Shown: positions 39,131-50,205 of the stretch, in pieces
How the letters are laid out: each line of letters opens with the position of its first letter
How positions within the stretch are numbered: position 1 is the stretch's first letter
Assembly: GCF_036588685.1 (NCBI RefSeq)
Contig: NC_086382.1
Location: 62,001 to 126,000, forward strand
Direction: 5' to 3'
DNA from: Mytilus trossulus
Taxonomy: Eukaryota
Length of the DNA stretch: 64,000 nucleotides
Made by a program: the position numbers and the translations under genes
The notes under the pieces: generated by a model
Told to the model about the DNA's origin: nothing
Databases searched by the model: none
The model's input: only the letters and a program-made list of their open reading frames with translations

Positions 39131-42013
39131 CACAGTGTAGATACTATTCTGTACGCTATCCGGAAGTCGCGATTTTCGAAGCGAGGATTTCAAACTGGTC
39201 AACAGAACGGTTTTGTTTTGGTGCCTTTTCTCATAATCTTTTTACTCCTATATCTATAAAGTGCTTTGCACATCTTAAATGTATGTATAACATCATAAAT
39301 ATGAGTAACTGTAACAAAAACATGCAGTAGAATATAAAATATACGTGTGCATCACACCAACTTCGTAGAAAAAAGTGAAATCGATTGACAATTTTGCTCT
39401 CGTAGTAAAAAGCAAATAATCTTTTATTGCAAATATTTGCATCAGTTAACAGTAAAATATATACTGTTTCAATATTCCTACCGTATTTAAGTAGAATGTT
39501 CGTATTTCAAATAAAAAATATGTTTTCCTTGAGGATCCCAAAATAAATTACTGTACGATCAGTCTAAAACTGACTGTATTCTAGTAGAGATTTCAGATTT
39601 TTTGACTGTATGATCAGTCGTGATTTTGAAGAAAAAAACCAACAATAAATGGAAGTTTTTAACGACCTTGACTGAAAAACAAAGGCAATTTGAAGGTATA
39701 TACGTGTCTATGTGATATTATGATTGTGTCCATGGAACTATAACGTGTGATTTCTTTCATCAGACAATACAAATATATTTCTGATGATTTTAATAGACGG
39801 CAAAATAATTATATTTTGGTTCCGTCAGTCTTACTTAAAATCAAATGCCTAAAAAGCAATACATGATCCGCTTGTGGACTTTGTATTAGAGTGTCGTTGC
39901 AGCTATCTGTTTAACTATTACATTTTAAAGACTATTTACACCATCTGCCGTTGACCAATTAGTGATAACATACATCAAGCCCGTCTCTTTTAAAATGACA
40001 AAAAATAGACAGAGAAAGCTTTGCTTTAAAAATTAAGGTATTGAGGAAAGAATTAACGAAATTATAACCCGCCACTTCTATAGTCCATGTTTTGGAAAAA
40101 AATAAACCACCAGAAAAACTAAATCATAGGTGCACAATGGCATCATTTAATAACGAATATGATGAAGTTTTATAAATACTAATATATGGTAAGTTTTTGA
40201 AAGTTGCATATAGTAAACGGGTACCACCCAATAAGGTAATGGAAAAGTCCTTATCATGGAAATAAAAAAATGATGATTTTTCGAAAAACCAAAATAAGAG
40301 GTACACAATTGAATTAAATGATCAGGAATCTGAAAAAGATTCATTGAGTTATGACAAGTGTCTGAAGGAAGTTGTGGATATAAAATAGGTACGCCCAATA
40401 TAAGGTTATGACAAAGTCCGTATTTTAGATATAGAAACATCAAAAATATTCTCACCAAAAATTCGAAATAGAAGGTCCATAATACATCAATAGAGTAAAA
40501 ATGGAGCAATTTTAGAAAAGTTTAACAATTGGTTTTGGAAGTCACAGTTGGAAAAACCTGATGGGTGCCCCCATATAATGCAATGTTCAAGTCCATATCT
40601 TATATAAAGAAACCCCATAAAAGATTTTTGATAAAATTCGAAATACATTCCTTTTTTATATAAATAAGGCCGCTAATTTTCTCGTTTGAATTGTTTTACA
40701 TTGTCATTTCGGGGCATTTTATAGCTTACTTTGTGATATTGGCTTTGCTTATTGTTGAAGGCCATACGGTGACCTATATTTGTTAATGTCTGTGTTATTT
40801 TGATCTCTTGTGGACAGTTGTCTCATTGGCAATCATACCACATCATCTTTTTTATATTATAATTTATGATACGGAATCCGAGAAAAAATAATTAATAGTT
40901 ATACCAGTGATGGATTCAGGAAAATTGGGATCCGGCGGTTTGAAACTCTTTTTTAACTTTCAATGCATTTGTATGGGAACATATATTTGGAATCCTCTTT
41001 TCTCCTGGATTGGACCCCCTCTCCATTTAAAAATGTCTGGAAACCCCTATGTATATTAAGTGGTTTATGAGAAGATGCGCTTGCAAAACCGGCGAAACAT
41101 GTTGCACCGGTCCAACGGACGAACGGAAAGACGGACTTCATTATCACTATAATCCATCGCTTTACAAAGTGGTGTACAATTGAGTGTGAAAGAGGCAGAT
41201 CTACATCCAAAACAAAGTGAAGGAACTGTGATCAATTATAGGCTACAGTTCGGCCTCGAATGTTTGTAAATTCATGCATTTTTATATAACAATTAAATCA
41301 GTGTGTTTGTACAATTGTAAGTATAACGGAGGACATTTCTGAAACTTCTATAAACAAACAAACCTTTTTCTATTTCAGTCACATTCAAACATCATTATAC
41401 TTAATGTAGTAAGTCGAGTACACCCTATCAAGCTAAAAAATGTTTGAAGTTTACAGGATGTGAATTTATTAAAATACATGTGTGTTCTTTAGAAAAATGC
41501 CATCTTCTAATGTATCGTAAATAACTTTGAAATCACTACTAGAATACAGTGAAATAAAGACTGATCATACAGTTTCAAAATATACAAGCGAGACTGATCG
41601 TACAGTGATAAATCCAAACAAGTGTAATTTTCTTATTTCTGGCTTCAAAGATCTGGCTGAAACTTTTACCACCACTTAGAATATACTTTATTTAGTAAAT
41701 TAAGTCTGGATTTTACGTTAATTTGTACAGTAAGGGTGCAAAAAGATTGTTTTAGGTTCACCGACTGCTTTTCTTTAGTGATGCACTTGAAAATCTCTTG
41801 ATTAAAGCAAAGATACGAATAATGAATGTGCTAAATTTAATTATAAACCATTTGTGAATATCGATGTCAGCTGAATTAATCATTAAGCAATGTACAGATG
41901 AACATCTTACCGTTTAATATAGTATATCCAACAAATTTAAAATGTGATCCAAAAAGTTCTCGCTTCGAAAATCGCGACTTCCGGAAAGCGTACAGAATAG
42001 TATCTACACTGTG
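39131..42013. mobile_element. Non-autonomous Transib/RAG-like DNA transposon
   Basis: 55-bp TIRs with one mismatch (39131-39185 and 41959-42013) beginning CACAGTG; 5-bp TSD ACATT (39126-39130 and 42014-42018); paired subterminal inverted motifs ACTGTAYGATCAGTC. No transposase ORF seen. Confidence 0.88.
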
Positions 42014-43423
42014 ACATTGATAACCCAACCTCCAAATATGACATGAATTCAATATTATAATCAAATGTGTCTAACCGTTGAGTGAAGAAGAATGACTAAA
42101 CAGGACTGTGATCGCCTACATATCATAAAGTCAGCAGTGGGAGCGCCCTGCCACCAGAGTTAGTCGTAATTGTACAACATAGGTCAAGATGTAATGGGTT
42201 TAAATTAATAATAGCCATAGCCTTACCAGTCATAGCAGTGGCCTGGCTATTGCCACTGGTTATGATCCAGTTATAGGGACTTCTCCTTGTCTTCTTGGTC
42301 TTTGTGGAGGAGTGTTCTGTGAAAATTACAAAAAAATATATTTACATCTTAACTGTAAGATGTTAAGCTCAATTGTACGTTTGGCAGAACGAAGTATATA
42401 CACGTGTAAATTGATAAATTTTTAGGCAAATATGACACTTTTCATTTATATATCATTTACATTTGAACATAGCATGGTAAAATACAAACCTCTTGGGGCC
42501 ACCGACCATCTCCCACTTTGTGATTGCACTGTATCTCCTGAAGAAATAATGTATATATTTTTATATTTTTTTTGGTAATACCGATATCACTGTATTACTC
42601 CTGTTGATAATTTGTGAGTAGCCCCCATCTCCTATTTTTGGTTTATTAGTACACCTTCATCAATCGAAAGGCATGCACCTAATATTCATGATATGCACAA
42701 TCATTTGTAATCAATTGCTCCTGCGTGTTAATGAAAAGGCTACCAGTTTGTTGTATTGAAGTTCAAGTTCAATGACAATGTAATATATGATATAACTTGT
42801 AATTGGTTTCCAATAAGTGTCGAAAAAGTTTCGGATGTAATATTTCTCTGAAAAGGAATATTCCAAGTGATTAATATACACTGTGTTTTAAAGACTTTCA
42901 CTTTGTTGATTACTCTAGCGTTTGCTTGATATAAAAACCAGTGTTTTTTTTGGGTCTGTTCTTATGCATATTTTTTTTTGTAGCAATTGTGCAGTGGCGT
43001 ATTTTGCTTAGGCCACGCTATATAACAGTTGGTTAGAAACGTATATATTTGGTAATGGAATAGTACGTACCTGTTTCAGTTGGCGTACGGACATTATTGT
43101 TGTGATCTGAAAAAAATGAACAAGTAGTACAATATGTATAAAAATCTAGATGCTGATACACAATAATTTGTCAACTGGACATTATCAACAAACAAATGCA
43201 AACAGCCGTTGTAATTTTTAACGTTTTTATACTGATATTTTCATTTTTGATTTTTTTTTAATGCGAAGTCATATCGAGATATGTTAAATTTAACAGGCCA
43301 AATATCATTTTAAATAACTTGAGCACGAAAACTATCAAAAAAATTACTTACTTGTGCTAAAGAAATAGTTAATCCATCACTTTAAGAAAATTTTATTCTC
43401 GAGGCGGAGCTCAATAACACCAG

Positions 43424-43438
43424 TTTAAATATGGCGCC
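43424..43438 (-). promoter_or_regulatory. GGCGCCATATTTAAA motif (E2F/CHR- or YY1-like) upstream of the YR gene's candidate first exon
   Basis: Lies about 70 bp upstream of a strong donor (gtaagt, 43351-43346) and resembles the motif at 23426-23440. Confidence 0.4.
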
Positions 43439-44614
43439 CAGATTTGATTAATTTTCGAAATATAAAATCCAAATAAAAAAAAACCGAACTTCTTCCTTTA
43501 TCTATTATGGCATCGTTTAACGACGATCGGTTACAATGTTGTTTAAACGTAGTTTATAGCTTTAATATACAGAATTGAATACAGTTTGTTTCAAAAAGAC
43601 AAAAAGGAAATTCTTATTAGAGTTTTATGAATTTATAAAAGTAAACCATTATAGGTAAAAAAAAAATCAATGTCTTCAACACGGAGTCTTGGCTGACACC
43701 GATCAGCAAGATATAAATGACCCAAACATTACTAGTGTAAAACCACTCAAACGGGAAAACCGACGCGGTCTAATCTATATAAAAACGAGAAAAACTTATG
43801 AACCACATCAACAAACTACAACTACTGAACATCAGATTCCTGACTTAGGACAGGTGCAAACAATTGCAACGAGTTTAATCATTTTAATTGTATCAAACAT
43901 TCGACTTTATCTGAAACAATGGTGTAACATTGTATTTATAATACCCCGTTTTAGATAGTCAAACCTGACCCTTTCAAATACAAGGAGAAAAAAAACATAA
44001 CCCCATTTCAGACAAATGAGCTGAAAATGTAACCCTGTCCGTCTTAACATACCCGTCTCGGTATCATATTTATCCAGTAAGTATCCACCAGGTACAAGTA
44101 AAATGGCAATTGGAGAAGTGTCACACAAAACAACCATTTCATGTATGGATTTCCTTACCGTTTTTGTTGTATAAAAATGGTGTCCAAGTACCCATCGAAT
44201 AGGGAATTAGTATAAAAAGAATTCAGAGTACGTGTTTAATTATTTAATAAAGCAAATAATGATAGGGGTTATTTTTGTTAAAAAGGATGGGGGTGCGTAC
44301 ACCCATTACGCCTTTGCGTGGACCCGCCCCTGCAAATTTCAATAATTTCCTGAAGCTAGATGTCCTTGTCTGCAAACGCTAATTGAATAGCATGTCCTTG
44401 ATATTCATTCCAGTGTCTGGTAAAAAAGATTGGACACGATAAAAAAAAAATAACCTCTTAATATGTTTGCCTATATAGATACTATTAATTTACGCCATCT
44501 TTAGTTTCATACGAATTGATCGAAAAATATCGGTGAGCTCACCTTTTTAGTGAACTCGCAAGTTCCAAATTGAAAGAGTTGGTATTGCTTTGTTTCATAA
44601 AAAAAGAATGACCA

Positions 44615-45495
44615 ACGTAGATACAAGTATCTTGTCTTAGGGAGGGATAAATCCTACTTTGTAAAGGACCACTCTGATTCAAACAAAAAATTCTCTGATA
44701 CTGACATTATCGACAAGATGCTTGATTTCTTAATTGATAACATATTTGTTATGTTCGGAGGACGTGTTTTTCAACAGATCGGTAGTCCAATGTGAACAAA
44801 TTGTGCCCCTCTTCTTGTCGACTTGGTTCTTTATTATTATGAGGCTGACTTCATACTGGAAATTCTTAGAAAGAAAGATAAGAAGTTAGCAATATCCTTT
44901 AACTATACTTTCCGCTATATAAATGATGTTCTTTCACTAAATAATTCAAAATTTGGCGACTATGTTTAACACATCTATCCAACCGAACTGGAGATTAAGG
45001 ATACAACAGACACAGTTAAGTAGGTTCATATCTTGATTTACATAGATCAAGAAATTGACAATGAGGGTCGGTTGAAAACAAAACTTTACGACAAAAGAGA
45101 TGATTTCTGCTTTCAAATTGTAATCTTTCCATTTCTAAGTAGCCACATTCTAGACTGTTACACAAATGATATCGGATATGTTCCTTACGTCGTAACTACA
45201 ATCTCCTTCCCTTTAATGATGTGACCTACCGATTTTGACTATTAACAGGATTTGTTATCACATAAGCAACAAGACGGATGCCACATGTGGAACAGTATAT
45301 GCTTACCCTTCCGAAGCACCTGAGATCACCCCTAGGTTTTGGTGGGGTTTGTGTTGCTTATTCTTTAGTTTTTTTTTATAATGTGTCATGTGTACTGTTG
45401 TTTGTGTGTTTGTCTTTTTCATTTTTAGCCATGGCGTTGTCAGTTTATTTTCGATTAATGAGTTTGACTGTCCCTTTAGTATATTTCGTCCCTCC
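44615..45495 (+). pseudogene. Penelope-like element RT fragment with 3' repeat
   Basis: KMLDFLIDNIFVMFGGRVFQQ…PM*TNCAPLLVDL…FRYINDVLSLNN…IYPTELEIKDT…TKLYDKRDDF; contains stops and frameshifts. Confidence 0.9.
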
Positions 45496-46599
45496 TTATC
45501 AAGCCAAACCATTACCTCCGGCTTTTCCAACTCACAACTTGCAATACGACCTACAAGTTTGCACAAGGTCATGTTTTTTTCTCTGGCTGTTTATGACGTT
45601 TTTACACTAAATCCATAGGATGTTGGATGTGTACGGATTGATGGTTTAGTTTAAGTTGCACGATTATTTTATTAGTTGTTAGTGGCTTTGAACTAGCTGT
45701 CAGATAACTTCAAGTACTCTCAGATCAGTTCATTGGGTCTTTTTGTGTCGGGATGTATAAGTACCCGACCACGTCCACTTTGATTTTATATCTATCTGAT
45801 GATTTAAGCCTTTTTCAACTGATTTTTATAGTTCGTTCTTATGTTGTACTGTTATACCACTGTCCCAGGTTAGGGAGAGGGTTGGGATCCTGCTAACATG
45901 TTAACCAACCCACATTATTTATGAATGTGCCTGTCACAAGTGAGGAGCCTGTAATTCTGTGGTTGTCGTTTGTTTAAGTGTTACATATTTGTATTTCGTT
46001 AATTATTTTTTTTTACATAAATGAGGCAGTTGGTTTTCTCGTCTGAATTGTTTAACAGTGTCTTATCGGGGCCTTTTAAAGCTGACTATGCGGTATGGGC
46101 TTTGCTCTTTGTTAAAGGCCGTACGGTTACCTAAAATTTTTAATGTTTGTGTCATTTTGGTCTTTTGTGGATAGTTGTCTCATTGGCATAATACCACATC
46201 TTCTTTTTTATATCTTCTACAAATTTGGTGCTCCTACTTATATAGCCACCAGACTTGGCTTATTGCTTACGCACTGCGTGTTGAGGCATTTTGTGTAAAA
46301 AGAATGTCACATGTAATTTCCAGCGGATGACCATGTTGATATCATAGACACGTTTTCTCGCGAATAGATAGATTTGCTCAATTAGTAAACATGGTAAAGT
46401 CTGAAATATTTCTTGCATATCATACACGAAGTAGCAGGTATTTAATTATACATGTTTGATGTCTACAATTATTCAAATAAAGATAACAAAAAATAGATGT
46501 TTGTTAAAGTCCGGTTGCAAGTATTGCAGACAATTTAAACTCAATGCCAAAAAATGAAAAATTCAAATTAAATATATTTTTTTTTTGCTCTGTCTTGGA

Positions 46600-47150
46600 G
46601 TAAAGGCATATAACCCATATAATACATTCATAGAAATGTTCCATAAAAGTACACACCAAGACTCAAAAGATAGAATTTTAAAAGAATTTCAAACTGAAAG
46701 AAAGAAGGACCCGATGTGTGATTGCTATAGTTATTTTTGGTATGGGTCTAAACATACGGGACGTAGACTTGTTAGTACATATTGGATGCCCTAAATCTGT
46801 ACTCTTTTAGTGGCAAGAGGCAGGCCGTTGTGCGAGAGATGGCCGACTAAGTCTCATTTACGACATGATCACCACATGTCTTTGAAAAATATCGCTAGAG
46901 ATAATCGTACAGAACAAAGATAGCATGTGTGTCCGTACGCAAGTACTGTCACTTTAATATTTCAGACAAAAAAACAGTAGCAAGTCTGTCGGAAAGTACT
47001 ATATGCAGTGGATGCGACTTGGAACATTGTGATTGTTCTTCCTGTAGATCTTGTTCTGTGCGCATTAAAAAGTGTCCATGTCAAAAGAGATGCTTTTGCA
47101 ATGTACAGACTTTCCTTAACCAAGAATGTGTTGATGACAAACTAAGTTAA
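46600..47150 (+). pseudogene. RecQ-like helicase C-terminal fragment (probably from an Academ-type transposon)
   Basis: IEMFHKSTHQDSKDRILKEF, frameshift, then RCVIAIVIFGMGLNIRDVDLLVHIGCP…*WQEAGRCARDGR (motifs V and VI), followed by a Cys-rich tail. Intronless. Confidence 0.75.
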
Positions 47151-48684
47151 AAGTTTCTTGTGGCATTTACAACTAATAGGTGAATGAAGATTTCTTTTCT
47201 CACCCATGGATTGTACATAGAGACTTGTCTTGTTAAAACTGAATTGTATAATAAATGTCAATACATACTGTCAATCCAACTAATGGGTGAATGAAGATTG
47301 CTTCGCTCGTCCAAGGAGTTGTTGTTCGGTTCAAACTAGACTGTACATTAAATAATGATACTATCATCGGTGTTTCACTTCAATTTTTATTTAAAAACCA
47401 AGCATAAACCATAATTATAAAATTATTCAATTGAGCCAATGCAATGTTATCAAACTGTAAACTAAATATAAAATCATTCCTGACTTAGAAGAAAATGACT
47501 GAGATAGTTCAGCTTTACAGGGAGACCGTTAATTGAATATTACTCAACTGAGTATACCGATCATTTACAGTTTTTTTTTTATATTCTATCTAGTTTTTAT
47601 TTACAAAGAAAATCTTCATGTAAATCTATCATATAACAAAATAACTTCTGTTATGTCTATACGTTATCTTATAGTGAGGGTTTATTATCATGTACTCCTG
47701 TTCAAAGGAGGTTTACACACAGAAGAATAAAATTTCGTTTCGTTTCACGAAGAAATCCGTTTTTGTATTAGCCGTTTTGAAAGTTTGAACCTGATGTTGA
47801 TGAATGTTGATGAATGTTGAATTGTTATATTATGACACATTTTCGTTGGATTTAAAGCAATATTATATGATATTTCTCTTCTTAGTATGACTGGACACAC
47901 TTAAAAACAAGGTAAACATGTTGATTTGAGAATTTGTTTTTGCTACGCAAATTTTGATATGACCTCGGGTGGCACATTGCTAGTAAAAAGAAAATATCAG
48001 AACAGCAAATAGAAATAGTGAATAATGCCCCCGAGGTCATATGTTATAGGACTAGAGACTTGACAATTTTCACCCAAACTCCAAGTTTGCGGATAAAATA
48101 AAGAATAAAGGACTTTGATTTGATGTGTGAGCTTTGGCGAGAATAAACTATGGATACTCGGGATTATTTAGGTCAATAGGTTTTTATTACGACAATAGTA
48201 TTTAGTGAGTTAAAATGAGGTTTGTCTAGTCCGTTTTTTTACTGAATTTTCACGGTCACGCGACTCTATTGTTGCTGATCAACTTCAGTCAAACCGTGAC
48301 TTTCCAACTGTTCAAATTGGTTATTTATATATTATGATTATCAAATGTTATTAATTAAGTTCATTTTCCCTTTCTTATTCCTTAATATGTCAATGTCTTA
48401 TCGCCTGGACTATGCTCATAGGGAAATACCCCAAAATGGTACCCCAAGAGGGAAATTCCAAACACTTTGTTTTAACAATTTTTGTTATCTATTTTTTTCA
48501 TTTTTCTTTTTTTTTTTCGATTTCAGTATAAAGACAATATACGTAGGGTGTCTTGAAATATGAAATTTATTTGTATTCGGCACGAAACGGGAAAATGTTC
48601 GGTAGAACCTCGCATTTTCCAGTTTCTAAGCCTCATACCAATAAATTTCATAACGTATATTGTCTAAATATATATATGGTGTAA

Positions 48685-49095
48685 TTGATTGATTGATTGT
48701 TGGTTGCTTAACTTCCGGTGGCAAATATTTCATGCATATTCATGACGAGAACAAATTAACAATAAATACAATAGGTAGGTGGTTATAAGAGGATGATGGT
48801 CGGGGAAATTTGGACTGCCACAGGAAAATGAGGGTATATTGGATAGAGACAGAAATTATGCCTTGCAACAGGCCACCTACGGACCCCTCAAAGAGTTGTT
48901 GCAAGGGTTCTTAACATGCAAAGAGCGTGGCACTCTCTTCACACGAGACATCGGATTTAACGTCCCCCTTCTGACCGGACGTGACTGCGAACTTATACAT
49001 CCCGCACAGCCAAACGGACGCCCCACTTCGGCAAGCGTTTAACTGCCGGTCGGGAGAAGACCAAGTGACCATATTTTATATACCCCAGTCACCCT
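48685..49095 (-). repeat. SINE-like repeat with (aatc)n tail
   Basis: The tail and 3' segment recur at about 1580-1635 and 56708-56780; contains a central gacgttaaatccga…gttaagaaccc domain. Confidence 0.6.
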
Positions 49096-49689
49096 TGGGG
49101 TATATGGTATACAATATTAAATTTTACCTGTACATGAAGTTATTTTATATACTAGTATTTCAATATATTTAATGGTGTGTGAGTGTCTGTTTCCTGTTTT
49201 TTTTTTTATTACGCATGATACATTTTAAATGCATATTTATTTTTTATGTTTCTTATTGTTCTCTTCTTAAAACTTTTGAACATTTCAGCACTTCACTTCA
49301 ACAGTTTGTTTTGGCATATTTTCATTCATATTTAGTTTAATATATATCTAAAGATAACAGAAAATAAAAACAAAACTTTGTCAAAAGAAATAACAGAAAT
49401 GGAAAACTGACATGGTTGAGATTTATAACCTAATACTTTGGCCACGAGCATCACTGAAGAGATATGTATTGTCAAAATGCGCATCTGGTGCAGGAATATT
49501 GGTACCGTTAATGCTAATACTATATAAATACATTTTTGTATAACATCTTCACCAATGCTTACATAAAAAAAAAAGATGTTTAATATTTGCTTACAGTTTT
49601 ATATCGTTGCTATCTAACTGGGAAAATGCATACGTCATTATAAGTTATATGGTTATAAAATATTGAAAACAACACGTTATTAATTTCTT

Positions 49690-49732
49690 GCGTCCGAAGC
49701 GCTTTTCTGGATTTACCTTCATCAGGAACGCT
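49690..49732 (-). ncRNA. Minimal hammerhead ribozyme, second family
   Basis: gcgttc-CTGATGA-aggtaaatcca-GAAA-agcgct-TC-ggacgc. Confidence 0.7.
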
Positions 49733-50151
49733 CAAAGCCAAACATTTGAAATCCGAAGATGTATGAGTACCGAAACCGTTGAAGAGCTGTATGTCAAAAA
49801 TACCTAAAATAAATAGCCAAATTCATCTAAAACCAACTTTGCCTGAGGGATTTGAAACCTTAGTTTCTTAATAATTTATAAATATATAAACGGACAATTT
49901 TAGAAAAGTTTGTTATACGCTTCTGACCCCCTACAACTCCATAGAGGGTTAGTAAAATTCATCGGGGATGAGGCCGAATCACCTATGGCTTATATTCACC
50001 CTGTATGGTCCGTAGGGTGTCAGTTGTGAACCATATAACGATTTTATCGCACGCGAGACTTTTTCTGGAGTGCTTTTGTACAAAAATAAACAATGAAACA
50101 CAGCAACATAAATAAACTCATCATAGATACCAGGACTAAATTTGTTTATAT

Positions 50152-50197
50152 ACGCCAGACGCGCGTTTCGTCTACAAAAGACTCATCAGTGACGCTC
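50152..50197 (-). ncRNA. Minimal type I hammerhead ribozyme (same family as 16271-16316)
   Basis: gagcgtca-CTGATGA-gtc ttttgta gac-GAAA-cgcgcg-TC-tggcgt; intact core. Confidence 0.88.
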
Positions 50198-50205
50198 GAA
50201 TCCAA

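Larger units (their letters stand above)
23969..43106 (-). pseudogene. Giant multi-exon (~35 exons) tyrosine recombinase gene (Crypton-like), disrupted
   Basis: Phase-compatible GT-AG exons assembled by hand. 3' exons: 29003-28825, 28351-28202, 27374-27038 (two C2H2 fingers, 1-nt frameshift), 26605-26435, 25986-25801 (SMKAYLHSLANYLNYL, core-binding-like), 25373-25109 (LILTNAKRAGDI, catalytic R), 24634-24482 (VFEHKE, catalytic K; acceptor mutated to CAA; TAG stop), 24226-~23969 (TASLNRK…HMAHNP*TADRF*). Upstream lie about 24 intact phase-1 mini-exons plus a few decayed ones. Confidence 0.85.

Noticed and set aside
22387-43440. DIRS/Ngaro retrotransposon or prophage integrase
   Set aside because: No linked RT/RNase H or phage genes were seen, and dozens of spliceosomal introns argue against a retroelement or bacterial contamination.
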